Source: Cyanophora paradoxa CCMP329 (Eukaryota > Plantae > Glaucophyta). Taken from it: 64,000 nt of DNA. Positions 21,554-34,900 of the stretch are shown here, piece after piece. The translations under genes and the position numbers were made by a program. The notes below the pieces were generated by a model. It saw only the letters and a program-made list of their open reading frames with translations, was not told where the DNA came from and made no database searches. The number at the start of each line of letters is the position of its first letter. Within the stretch, counting starts at the first letter, position 1. The stretch spans positions 492,025-556,024 of the forward strand of contig QPMI01000520.1 of NCBI GenBank assembly GCA_004431415.1. The letters run 5' to 3'.

Positions 21554-21850
21554 ACACATAGAGAAAGCCCGCGTTTTATCATGAGGCGTGATATATTTTA
21601 ACTAAGTTTAAAATCCACCTCAAATACAAATGATTACGAGAGATAGAGGTAAAATACATCGGAGATACGAATAAATTAAATAACAGTAAGGGTTTGGATA
21701 GTAATTTATAGGAAATACGCACATAAAAGAAAAGAATAAAGGATAAAATACACATAAATATACGTAAAATATGCAATAAATATAGGTAAAATATAAACAA
21801 AATATAATTAAACTTAGCCGAGGGATAAAACGCGGGCTTTCTCTATGTGT
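21554..21850. repeat. Perfect 27-bp inverted repeat enclosing very AT-rich DNA at the virus/host junction
   Basis: ACACATAGAGAAAGCCCGCGTTTTATC at 21554-21580 and its reverse complement at 21824-21850. Confidence 0.9.
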
Positions 21851-22084
21851 CCCGGAGCACTGCGCGCGGTAGTTTTTGAATTCCTCATCGGCTTCCCCAT
21901 CCTCCCCATCCTCCTCCCCCCCCTGCCCGCCTAAAGGCCTAGGCCTTACAATTCCTTCCCCCAATCTGAAGGCCGATCTCCGAGGCTCAGCCGCGTGGCA
22001 GATACATGTACAGCCCCTGGCAGTTGCAAATTGTGTGTCCACCATAGCTATCATAGTATATATATAGCTAGCCTAGTAGCCTAT

Positions 22085-22410
22085 CTACCCTAGCCTGTCT
22101 GGCAAATCAAATTTAAAGGGCCTCCGCCGATCCTAGGCCTTCAGCCCCGGCCCCAGCGCCTGCAGCTCCGCCTGCAGCATTGATGCCCCGCCCTCGAGCT
22201 CGCCTTCGTGTGTTTCCCTAGCTAAAACAATTCAGGTCGCAAACAATTGTACATGTGTGTCTCCCGAGCTAAATAGCCTATTAGCTATATATATATATAT
22301 ATATTGCCTCCCCCGGGCTTCTCTGGCAAATCAAAGAGCCTCCGCCGATCCTTCAGCCCCCATTTCGGCCTGCAGCATCGACGCCCCGCCCTCGCTTTCG
22401 AATTCGCCGT
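22085..22410 (+). repeat. Diverged local direct duplication (~110-bp core)
   Basis: TCTGGCAAATCAAA..CCTCCGCCGATCCT..CCTGCAGCAT.GA.GCCCCGCCCTCG at ~22098 and ~22322. Confidence 0.85.
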
Positions 22411-23090
22411 CCTCGGCCGCCCAGTCCTGCCGAACATGTAAGGTGGAGGCGCAGGCGCGCGCACGGCTATCATAGTATGGCAACATGCATGGACCCGGCC
22501 GTCCGACGTAAATTAAATATATATAGCGCTAGCTCATGATCATGATCAGCGGCTCGAGCTTGCACGTGATTACGCACATGTACAATATCCTCCATATCAT
22601 GATCATCACGATCATATGCATGATCAACTGCTTGCGTCTCTTCGTCCAGGGACCGGGATACTGCGCAGTTTATTCAGCAAATTAAAAGGTGCGAGCGATA
22701 AATATCATTTGGGCCGCGATAAATATCATTTGGGCCGCTCACTGTAAACGAGGTCGTTGACGTCGTTCTTGCTGCCGGTGCCCTTCACGAGACAGTAGGA
22801 CCCGCTGTCCTTGGCGAATCTGGCCGCGGAATCATGGCGTCACGATCAGCCCGGCAGGCGTCATGATCAGCGGAACTGCGCATGCATGCGCAGAAGCCGA
22901 TCGCGATCGCGAGTTTGAGGTCGCCGCGCGCCGCGCCGCGTCTGCTCACTCGACTTTCTCGTCGTAGGAGCGCCAGTCGTGGTCGAGGCGCGTGCTGAAA
23001 ACTTCGTCCTTCTCGATGTATGCGAGACCGTATGCTACGCACGCCATATATATATAAACCGAATGCGGGGTAAATTAAAAGAATCGGATA

Positions 23091-25801
23091 TCAGTGGATA
23101 GGAAACGCACAGCAGAGTTCGCTCTCATCTGCCGAATCAGTGCAGTCCTTGATCTTGAATTCGGCATCCGACCACCGGACCCACATCTTGGATACGTCGT
23201 AGGTGTTCAGCTTCGCGAAAATCTCGCAATGAGGCTTCAGAATAGTGCGGGTGTTCTGGTCCATGGTCGCCTCGTCCATCGCCAGGACGTCCTTGCACAA
23301 CTGGCACTTGCAGGGCTCGTACACGGGAGTCCCTGAGCTCCGAGGAGGACCTTGTCAGCCTCTTGGATATATATTTTTATATAGCTACGGTTGCCGCAGT
23401 GCGTTGCGTACCTTGGTCATTCAAAAGGTCCTCGCAAGATGCTATCCAGCCTGCGCGTGCGGTTTCGGATATCAGCCCAGCCGGCCATGCGCATGCATAA
23501 ATTATTAAATATGGTTAGAGCCCGAGCCGTCGAGGACCGGACTGATTGGTATTACAGTACGTTATTGTAGACTCTGAGATCTAGATCTAATTAAAGCCAT
23601 CGTCCGCACCGTCGAAGTCATCGGATGAATTCACTCTTTCGCTTGCACTCGTATATTTGAACGACCGAAAACCTGGTTGTTGTTGTCAATTGCCGGCCAC
23701 AAGGGCGCACAAATTACTCTTGAACTTAAGCTTGGAACGGGCTTAATTGCAAATACGGCGTGCAAAACAAGATGCATGCCATGATGGTCATGGAGGGAGA
23801 AGCACGAGATTGAAAACCTTTCATATTTGCTATGTCCGTGAACACAGCAGTGCCCGTTGCTCCATCATGGCTGCCACCAGTGCACTGCACGCGCAAATGC
23901 ATTGAGTTGAACATCAAATAAGAATCAACGACGCATGCGCGTGCAATATTAATCATCAAAACGCGAACCAGCTCCATGCGACCAGCCGAGCCGTCGGCAT
24001 CGGCCGCCAGCAGGTTGAAAAAGGCCCTTCCCCAGCCCGCCTCGTTAACGCTGTCGCTCTAGAGAAGGGAATCGCGAATCAGCAAGGGAATCGATACCGA
24101 TATCGGCAAGAGTCCGTTTGCGTTTGGCTCCGGGGCTCACAAGGTCGCTGCAATCGTCGCACTGCGCGCGCCGTCGTCGACACGCGAGTAAATTAAATTT
24201 ATCAAAGGGGCGCAATTGTAATTAAACGGGACGTATGCACATTGGAGTTCGCGAGGCCGTAGCATTTGTTGAGGCCGGTAGAGAGGCACTTGCCGCCGAA
24301 AGAGGCGAAGGGGTAGCCGGCGGCCTTGCAGTCGTCGAGCTTGGCTGTGAGCGACTTGGCGTCCGACTTCCCGGTACCCGCCGTGAAGCCGGTCCCAGAG
24401 CACTTTGTCGTCGCGCCATCACCCGTGAAGGCGGGGTAGCATACGACATCTGCGCAATTCAAACGACAAGTCTTAGCTATAGAGAAGATCAAAATCAAGA
24501 TCCAAAATTTCAATAACGCCTTCTGAGAAGATTAAAAACAAAATCTAGAATCGGATCTACATGAATCCTTCTCGTCTCTAGATCTGGCAACGCTCAATAA
24601 ATTCAAATCTCAAAGCCTGTGCACCGTCACCAGTGTAGTTGTTTGTGTACGCACTCCCAGAACACTGCAAGCGTGAACGATGAGCGCTAGCGCGGCCTCG
24701 GTGTACCAATATTTATTCAGCCTGGAGTCAGTGCAATAAGTATTCGCCCCAACCTGATTGATGGGACCATGCCAGACCGAACCGAGGAGCTTGAACTCGT
24801 TGTACCCAACTGAATACCTCTCGAATGACATGGTTGATTTCTCGCGGGAGTCCGCGGTACCGGCCGCCACGGCTCTGTAGCCGCCCTTCGTGAGGAAGTC
24901 GTGCTCGGCCTCGGCGCACGTCTTCACGAGACCTGCGGTGAAACGACCGCCGCGCCCGGCCGCCGGCGATCACTATATGTTCGATTTGGAGTACTTAATT
25001 ATAATAAGGGAGCATGCGCACCGGTACTGTAGATCTGTGTCGCGAATTCGAAATCCGCCGAGATTCAATGATCATGATTAGCGCGGTGATGCCAAATTAA
25101 AGTTCTAATACGTATACTATGATAATTTACGTTTACGAGTGCACGTTTGTACACCGTACGTTTGCTGGGCGCGGCGCTCTACTATGACTTAGTTAGTGGG
25201 GTCTAATACCCGGCTTATACGTTTACGCCCCGGGCCCCGGGCCCCACGAAGTAATCAGTGTACGTGTACGTGTCGCGTATAACGCACCATATCCATCTCG
25301 TTGGACCACGCGTACGGATAACCGGCCGCCTTGCAGTCCGCGATCTGGTCGGCCAGGACCGAGTCGCTGTAGCCTTGGATGGTCTTCCCGCGGCCGCCCG
25401 TGCTGGCGTCCTCTTCCGGGACGTCCTTACAGTATACCTGCGCGGACGCTGGTCAAGAAGATGCTATGATATCGCAGCAATCGTCATAGTATACATATGC
25501 ATTCGCAATTGTACATGTACATGTACAACCGCTGAGCTGTACAGGTGCACGTGCGCACAAGCGGCCGCGGCCCGTACGCGTGCTGGCGGCTTCGATTTCG
25601 CCCCGGCCCGGCGGTGGCGGCAGATCTATAGCTAGCTAGATCTAGAATTCGATGTCGCGCGAGCCGCCGCGGCGCGGCGCGCTGGCCATATATATATGCA
25701 CGGGCATCATGATCATATATATATATACGCACATCGTATTTCGGGTTGAGCGTCCGCACCGCGTTGACCACGGCGTCGACCACGTTCTTAAGGAGGCCCA
25801 T
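23091..25801 (-). CDS. Intron-containing host gene, Cys-containing protein with repeated DCKAAGYP module
   Basis: Exon-like GC3-rich segments: MGLLKNVVDAVV (25801), IADCKAAGYPYA (~25330), LDDCKAAGYPFA (~24320), CKCQLCKD (~23300). Exon joining is uncertain. Confidence 0.5.
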
Positions 25802-26246
25802 CGCGCGCCCTTGCTCTTGGTTAGCTTGCCCTCGACTCTGGAGTTGAAGCCTCGTCCGACGGTCGCTCTTGAAGCTTGCGACGTCGAGCCTCGTAACAGA
25901 AACGCGCTATATTGCTACCGTATACGTATACGTGTTACGTGCTACCGTAGTCCGTATACGTAAGGGCCGTAAGCTGGCCCTTCACGTGCACTGTTCACGC
26001 ACGTACACTACAGCCTATATAGCTAGTAGCTGGTACGACGCCGCGGTCCACCGTGGCACCGTCCACGCGTACGGTACGCGTATGCCGCGGACCGCGGTAT
26101 ATATGCGTACGTATACGCGTACTACCGCGTACTCGGCGCGTATACGTATTACGTACCAGGGTAGTACGGACTCTACTACGGAGCCGGACTCGGGAGTCAG
26201 CGCGAACCTTGCGGCAGGCTAGCTACTAATAGGCTAGAAGCAGGTA

Positions 26247-26513
26247 CCGTGTAACAGAATATTAGTTCGCGCATAATATTAGTTCGGCACCAAATTAGTG
26301 CTTTTTTGCCGTGAAAACGCACTAATTTGAGACCGCACTAATAAAAGGACGCTAATTATAACTTTAGTAAGAAAATGCCGTAGGGGTACGGTTTGTACCT
26401 CTCGCCCCATACCGCACTAATTTGAGACCGAACTAATTACTATGGTCGGGGTCTGCATGGGTCTAAAAACGAGCTAATATCGTGCGAATTAATATTGCAA
26501 TTGTGTTACACGG
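26247..26513. mobile_element. MITE of Tc1/mariner-pogo type
   Basis: TA|CCGTGTAACA.AATATTA.TTCGC ... GCGAATTAATATT..TGTTACACGG|TA; TA flanks at 26245-26246 and 26514-26515; internal GCACTAATTTGAGACCG repeats. Confidence 0.8.
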
Positions 26514-28945
26514 TAGTACCACGATAGTACCACCGGGAGTACGGAGTCCGATCGCGCCGCGATTCGCGCGACCGTCGGACTCCGGGAAGTTCCAAAGAAA
26601 AACAACACGCGAGCCACAAAAACAAATGCCAGGTACTACACGTGCACCTTGCGAGCCTCCTACCTTCGCTCGAAAAAAATTGAGTCCTCAGAGTCTCGCA
26701 CTCGTAAGTCCTCCTTGCTTCGAAATTTCCAATTTCGATTCCGATTTCCACACACACCAGCACTGCGGGCCCAGTGCGGGGCCGGCGCCGGGGCTGCCCA
26801 GGCCTAGGGGGTGACCCGGGCACGGTACACCGTACATGTAGAACAAAGAGACGAATTTGAAGAGCCAAAGCCTAAGCCAGGAAACTTGAAACGGCGGTGG
26901 CGGCCGCGCCGGCCCGGCGGGGTCCCCGGGCGCCGGCGCGGGACTAGTGAATCCTGATGGGCCCCGGCCCGCCTCCTGCGCGGCAATCCCTGCTGCTGGC
27001 CCTGCAGCTGGAGCTCGAGCTTAAGCTTGCGATTGGTTACCGGTCTCATCGCGACCCCTCGAGCTCGTCCCCGCCGCTTCTCGGTCTTCTGAGCTTGATC
27101 ATTCGCCCTATTCTTAGAACTTCCTTGATCGTCTTGAGCTTCGCGATCGAGTTTCCAGAGAAAGCCGCTATGACCCGCTAGCTTAGCTAATCGACTAGCA
27201 GGCGCTTGCAAAATTGACCCCTGATTGATTGCCGAAATTAAATCTATTCCCGGACCCAAATCCCGAATTCGAACTCAACGTATACGTACTGCAACGTGAG
27301 CGTCATATGCACGATCACCAGTCTGGTGGGCCCGTAAAGGCTCGCACGGCCGCGGTGCAGACCTAGACGTCGACCACCCTGAGTCGTGGTGCGAATCATA
27401 ACCGAAGGGGCGCCTGGGGCAGCCGCCGGCACGGGCAGCACCGTACCGTGCCAGCGCGTAAGACGGAAGCTGGTCGATAAGATGGCCATGGTCCCAATTT
27501 GTCCGACACCTGTGCACAAAACGCGCAATTTATTGATCAGACTGCATTTTCGAGTATTTTCGTGAGTTCGCCACCAGAATATTCAATGAGTCAGACGTCT
27601 ATAGCTACAACGTTCGAGACGAATCGAAGCTAGACCTTTCTTGATTCATCGAGGCGCCCTGCGCCGCCGACGCACCGTGAACTTGAGCCGCGTCGTGCAC
27701 GTGAACTTGAGCCGCATCGTGCGGAATGAGCCTCGGAGCCTCGGAGTCTTGGGACCCCAACTTGGGGAGCTCCGTTAACGTTGGTGCCAATCGCGAGGCT
27801 GGCCATGCCATATGCATGATGGTGCCTCCTGCCGGACTCCTAGGCGCCCGGGCCTGCTAGGCTGGTAACTACGTATACCTTACCAAGTACAATTGCAACT
27901 GTATATATACACCGCCTGTAGTACCCTCGAGCTCGTATTTACAGGTCGCATATGTAGTACCTATGACGTACGGCGACGAATAACTGAGAATGAAGCGGAA
28001 GCTGAAGACGCACATGCTTATTCGACGATCGCGATCGCAAAGCAGGCTCACGCATATGACATGAGTCACCTCCCTAAATTAAACGAGCTCGATCACGATC
28101 TCTATAGCTAGCTATAGCTCGAGCTCTGTTCAAAATTCGAGCTCGTTTAGGGGTGTCTCCCGGCCCGTTTAGGGGGGTCTCCCAACAAGGCCCGGCCCGG
28201 CGGGGCGTGCCGTTTCCTAACGGGGCCCGCGGCCGGGGCGTGCCGTCTGGCCGGCGCCGGCCGCGCCCTTTGATGCGTGCTTGCGATCGGTACCCAATCA
28301 CGAGCTCGATCACGATCAGAGCTGTGTTCAAATTAATTCGACTCCTCACACGCCTCTAGCTATATAGGCTTGTTTCAAACTTTATGATCATGATCATGAT
28401 CACGCCGTCCCGCGTCCCGGAGTCCCGCCGCGCCCGAGTCCAGACTGATGTCATGTGCGCATGCGGCACTGAATTAGATCTAGACTGTGTTCGAATTCGG
28501 CAAGAAATCAAAGATATTCAATTCGTGTCAATTCAGACCACATTGACACCCTTACGTTTACGTATACCTATGATAAATTTACGAAATCGACGATGATCGC
28601 CGAAAGGCTTTATTCAATAGCTACTTAAGCTTGCCGTGGTGACCTAACAATCGATATCGCGAATGGGAAACTTCGAAAAGTTATCATATACATATATAAG
28701 CGCGAAATGATTCCAAACACGTGCACCCGCCGGGCCGCATCTCATGATCAGCAACGGGGTATTACTGCAATTCTACTGCTACTTCTACTACTACTAGTAC
28801 TACTACCACAGCAGATTTAGTCGAGTCGGAGCAGATCTAGATCCACGTGACTCGAAACCGAAACTCGAAACTCTACCACTACTGCTACTACAGATTTAGT
28901 GAGTTGGAACTGGCCATGGGTTCGAGCTCCGAGGCTGGTTTCCGA

Positions 28946-31900
28946 CTACAGAGAAACACGGTGCGGCTCGTCCGCGAAGAGGCCGCCTTCTTCAAGGCCC
29001 CCGCCGGAGGCGGACTGGCGGAGCTGGACGGACGCCACCTCGCGGCCCGCCAGCGTCGACCCGGCGCCGGCTTTGGACGCCCACGCGTAAACCTCCTCGG
29101 TCACGCGGCGGACCTCGCCGGTCGTCCGGTGCTGCGCGTCGTGCACCCGAACGAGCGCGGCGCGCGATTCGCCCTTCAGGCCGACCGCCGCCACTCGCGG
29201 CGCCCGCAGCGACGAGGCGATCGCCGCCGCGACGTTCTCCGCCCCGGGCGCCCGCTCGGCGAACGAGACTTGGACGTCGACGAACTCGCGGAGGCGGCGC
29301 CAGCGGCGGCGGTAGGTGAAAACCCCCACCAGGCAGATGACGAGCACCATGAGGCAGCCGCCGAGGACGACGGGAATGATCACAGCCGGGGCATACCCGG
29401 GCAGGCTCTGCGCGCGCGCCACCCCAAGTTCATTAATTAATGATGACCCGAATGCATGCGCAGAGTTTGAATTCAGGATTCGCACGTTCGTCTCAACAGA
29501 CTGGTAGGGGGCGAAACTCCCCGGGATGGGCGTGTCGAACCACTCAAAAGCCTGCATTTCCATGCGAACCGGAGATGCATCGGTATTCGTAAATTAACGA
29601 TCGAAGATGCACTACAAAGAATAAAGGGCCCCGGGATCGATCGGACCGCAGGAATGAAGAATGGGCCTTGCTGTGAGGATACAAGCACCACGTCTGGAAG
29701 AGCACAAAGCATAATTATAATGTTAATGATCAGCGACGGTCCGCGAATCATTCGGGATACGAATATCGAATTCGCAGATTTCACGCACCATAGGGGGTGT
29801 TTAGCGCCCTCTGGTCCTGCGCCTGCAGCAGCGAGCGCCGGAAGTTGTCCTTGATGCAGTCGGCGGTGAAGACGGGCGACGCGAAGTCGACTTGCGAGCT
29901 CGACACGATGGTCGCGTTCGGCGCCTTCATCCCGCACGTCCCCGCCGGCCCGCGGTACGCAAAGAGGCCCCCGGGCCCCGGGACCACCCATCCGCGGCTG
30001 TCTTTGTGCGGGATTTGGATGTACACCTGCGTAGGACGTCGACTGATTTTTAGCCGATTCAAAACCTGTCGAACCGATAGCGAAACGATCGCGAGGCGCG
30101 CACCTCAACCACGTCGTTGACGGGGTCGAAATTGCAGCCCTGAATAAAATCAATGAATACAACCAGAGGCCCGGATCAGATTGAATGTGTATGGGACCTC
30201 CTGATCGAGATCTAGCTCATGATCATTTAACGTTTTTGAACTCGAACGAAAGCACCGCGCAGCTGATGGCAACCTTCTCGACGCTGCTTGCCTGCACCCG
30301 CTTGCGGATCCCGATTACCTGAAGCCTGCTCCCGTTCCCGCCCTGTCAACGATCCCATGATCACGAGCTTTAGGGGCAGACAAACATGTCTGTAGATAGA
30401 CTACTGAAAATAGATCATTACCGGCAAAAAGAAAACGTAGGACTTCGGCAGAGTTGACGCGCCGCATGACGTGTTCAGGACGACGTCATATGGCGTTTCT
30501 GCGTTCAAGATTAAACTCAATTGGAAAAAGCTCAAAGGTATTGAAGGTTGTTGCAAGCTCGAGCCCAAAGAATTCGAAGCAGACAATGGCAATATACATC
30601 CCAATAAAACTAAATGGGCGCCTTCAACATTAATATTGCACGTAAAAGCGCGGACCGACTGCAGCCGAGTTGCTCGGGTGCTGGGAAGGCGCCGGGATCG
30701 TGAAGGAGATGAGGGAGGCGTTGGGCGACACGGCGAGGTTCGAGACGACGACGTTGCCGATTCGCAGGGAGAGCGCCGGGTCGTTCGTGGGGAATCCGGA
30801 CCCCGTTATCGTTCGAGAAACTGTGCCGTCGAGCGAGCTGCTGTTCACAGGCAGGATGACGCCCCATTTGACGTCTGCGCGCGGAATTCGAGTTCAGCAT
30901 ATGCATCCGATATCGATACGATTTCGAGTCTCACCGAGTTTGCAGCAGGAGTCTGGCGGTTGACGCGAATCGTAAGGCAATATAGATAATGCGAATTCGC
31001 TAAGAATTCAAATTAAACGAGTGAATGTATCAATACCGGGGAGGGAGTACTGGATGATCGACGGGCAGCCGGCGCCGGAACAGATGTTTCCATCAGCGAG
31101 AGTGGCGCGCCTGGAAGGCCCTAATAGCACACGAGTCCAACGGTTGGACGAAATATCGAATGCGGATGCGTCTGCAGCTGGAATCTACCCACCTGCAGCT
31201 TCAGTGGGTCTGGAGAATCTTGAAGTTGCTTTCGATGTCGGTCCGCGGCTGTAGCGTGCTGCATCGATCGCGATATCCACAAACTGACCTGTCGATGCAA
31301 TTACGACTTTACAAGCTTAAGTGATCCTGACGATCAGAATAAGAAGCAGTCTAATTGAGTTCGCGCACCTTCCGCCTCCGATCGCGATTCGTCGTCGCTC
31401 AGAAGAGAGCGCTTCTGTGGGCAGCTCCCGCAAGTCATATCCCGAGGTAGGTAATAGGTCTTCCCCTCAGCAAAGCGGCTCGGGCAGTTCGGCGACACGT
31501 GGCAGTTGTTTGTTCCGGAGGGAACAGCGACGCTGCATTTCTCAACGCCGTCTCCAGCCGCCAGGAGTCGTCTTTCCGGATGCGCCTCTCCGAGCAGACC
31601 GCGACGATCGCGACGCTTGAGGAAGCACTGCAGTTGCTCAGCATCGGCGCAGGTTCCTTTGCAGCTGTAGCACTGCTGGCACTGCTCCCCTTGAGGCAGC
31701 GCCCCGCCTTCGCAGTTCGCGCAGAACGGAGGCCCTGCCGGGGGTTCGACAGTCCAGTTCGAGCATGCCCTGCATGGGTTCGGCGCTGCAGTAGGAGATG
31801 GGCTGGGGCTGGGGCTCGGAGATGGGCTGGGGCTGGGGCTTGGCGAGGGGCTGGGGCTGGGGCTCGGCGACGGACTGGGGCTCGGGCTTGGCGACGGGCT

Positions 31901-34900
31901 GAGGCTTGGCGAGGGGCTGGGGCTGGGCACTCCCGGAGCCCCGACGAACACGGATGGCCTCTCGGCGGCCGGTCCGCTGCGGACGACCTGTAAACGGACC
32001 AAAGCTTAATTATAATCCGAGTAGCTTCAATCTTCTTCTTGATTAATATTCCTTATAAAATTAGCACACGCCTGCAAAACTTTGGAAAGGTCTCTGGTAC
32101 CGGTGGACGGGCCCGCGTCGCCAATTTTGGCGAGGGACGGATAGAGCGAGAACGCAGCGATAGCTGCACGGCAATGTTCAGCGCCGCGGAATTCGAATTT
32201 CGGCAGATCTAGAAAACAGCGCAATGCACATGTACATATGCATGCACGTGCGCACCGTGGCCGGGCTCCGAGGGTACAATGGCGTACGCCCGCGCGTCGG
32301 TCGGCGCAGCGTTCGCGCCGGAGACAACCGTCGCACAAGGGAAGAACAGGAAAGGTAGGCGCGAGGACACCTGTGCAGGAGCATCAAATTAAAGGTGCAC
32401 TTGAGTCGCGCTAAACTAAAATAGAGATATCGCTGCTAATTTATAAAACAAATGACAAACACACATCGATTTCGGCCCGATACGATTCGTTCCGTGTCAG
32501 AGCCAGGCTGCGTGCGCATGCCAAAATCAAAGATCAGATAGAAGAGCGCGTGGTCCTCGCGATCGGAACGAATTCGCGATCGGATAATTATAAGGAGCAT
32601 AAAAGCATGCATATATATGCGCACGAGCTGCCGGAGGCGACAAAGTGGAACAGGGTTACAAGGGCCTTGGAGCTAGCGCTCCGCGGGAGGTCCTCCGCAA
32701 GCAGACGCCGCGAGCTTGAGCTCGCTGGACGCGGCGCCTCCAGCTCGGATTCGAGTTCTACACAAACGAGAAGTCATGATCATGATCATCAGAAAATCTC
32801 TTCGAAATCATTATATAATTAGTCCTGGGGTTGGCACCCAGCGCTAGCGCTTCATGCCCAGCCTGGCAGAAATTCCTGAGAACATAAATCACTAGCTATA
32901 TTATACGTGCGAAATTGAAGTATGATCAGATGAGGCTATAGCTATACATACAGGTGCGTAGATGGCAAATTCTTTTCGAGATTGGCCTATCCTCTCTGCT
33001 TGCGAAAGCGGTCTAATTGAGTTTGCGCACCTTCCGCCTCCGATCGCGATTCGTCGTCGCTCAGAAGAGAGCGCTTCTGTAGGCAGCTCCCGCAATTCAG
33101 CTTATCCCGAGGTAGGTACCGAATGGTACCAGCGTCGCCGGCCGGGCAGTGCGGCGATACGTGGCAGGCTTTGTCTACGGGTCCAGTGGGAAGTTGAGTG
33201 CGAATAGTTACGCTGCACGCAATAACACCATCTCCCACCGCCAGGAGTCGTCTTTCCGGATGCGCCTCTCCGAGCAGACCGCGAAAACTCGGAGGGCCGC
33301 CCGGGCTAGCGCTCGGAGGGCCGAAGTTGACGCACCCCAATGGCACCCCATCGGCGCAGGTTCCTTTGCAGCTGTAGCACTGCTGGCACTGCTCTCCCTG
33401 AGGCAGCGCCCCGCCTTCGCAGTTCGCGCAGAACGGAGGCCCTGCCGGGGGTTCGACAGTCCAGTTCGAGCATGCCCTGCATGGGTTCGGCGCTGCAGTA
33501 GGAGATGGGCTGGGGCTTGGCGACGGGCTGGCCATATGCATGGGTCTCGGGCTTGGCGACGGGCTTGGGCTCGGCGAGGGGCTGGGGCTTGGCGTCGGGC
33601 TTGGGGTCGGGGTCGGGATGGGCAGCGAAAGGACGTAGAAGCGCCCGTCCCTCTCCGCCACGGCCCCACTGGACGGGCCCTCCCTCGCGCCATTGCCCTC
33701 CGTGAGCCGCGGCGCGTCGGCGTGCACTGTGATGTCGTCGAGGCGGAGCGCCCGCGCGCCGAGGCCGTCGGTAGCCACAAAGAGAAGACCCGCCGTGGGC
33801 GCGAGGACCGACGCGCGCGGTCGGCCGAGGGCGCTTGGGATGTCGACCGTCTGGTTGACAGGGAGGCGCGCAGAGACGGCGCGCAGATCCCGCTTTTTGC
33901 CCACGAGACTCGTTTCCACCCTTGCAGCGGTGTTCAGGCGGACAACTCGACCGGCGGAGCCCTCCCCTCCAATACGAGAAGCGACAACATAGACCTGTGA
34001 TAAAACGTGTTGGGAATTTAAGTTACTCGTACAGATTTTCTAGCGCGTTTCATTTTATACGTATACGTAGCAAATATCGATGGGAGGGCAGCGGTGGGGG
34101 CGCGCGGACATTTTCGCCCGCGGCGTGGACGCCAACGATGCGGTAGGGCGATTCCACGCCAAGGGAGAAGGCGGCCGTCGTCGCGAGCGTGATGGCGTCG
34201 ACTTGGATCACCTCACCCGAGCTCGCGAAATACGCGTACCGGCCTGCTCGCGCGCGCAATTAATACGTTAACGTTGCAATTGCAATCGTTGATCCGCGAG
34301 ATTTCGAAATGTCTTATTTGCAATTCAATGCCCGCATTCGTATTCAATGTATACGTACTTGAGCGCGATTTCAAGTCTGTATAGCTAAAGCGCAATTTAA
34401 AATATGTAATCGATGTGTTCGTGATTAACATGAAACTAAATTAAAAGCGTCCTTGCGAAACCAAAACTTGAAGCTTAATTATATAAGGGCGCTGATGTCG
34501 ATATCCGATGATCACAATTGATCGCGATGCGCACCCGCCGCGTCGATGCTGCAGTTCATTGCGCCCTTCTGGAGGATTCTGGGACTCGACGAGAGGCCCA
34601 GGTCTCGCGACGTCGCCGCGATTGACGTCCACGTTGGCGCGCTTAACTGCAATCGCGCGCGCGAGCATGAAATAGAATGTGAGTTACATTTATATATATT
34701 GAAATTGAAACTTGTAAGGGTGGAATTTGTATTGCGGTGCCCATTATAAAATTATATAATTATCACTGAGTCGAAAACATTTCGAGCACACGATATATAT
34801 AGGTAGCATTCCAACTTGGCAAGGACGTGCTCATGGGTGGCATGATTATTGCAATGCGGCATCGGCGAGCCATTAATATTGCAAGATCGAACGCATGCGC

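Larger units (their letters stand above)
1..21850. mobile_element. Endogenous Polinton-like virus (PLV), left part outside the window
   Basis: Compact, intronless, AT-richer block with PolB, primase-helicase, packaging ATPase, probable MCP, two penton-like genes and fibre genes. Composition switches to GC-rich host-like DNA after 21850. No integrase or maturation protease is seen in the window. The right boundary is approximate. Confidence 0.88.

Noticed and set aside
1-21850. Calling the element a canonical Maverick or a virophage (Lavidaviridae)
   Set aside because: No rve integrase or cysteine protease is in the window and the MCP family cannot be fixed by eye; PLV is the safer call.
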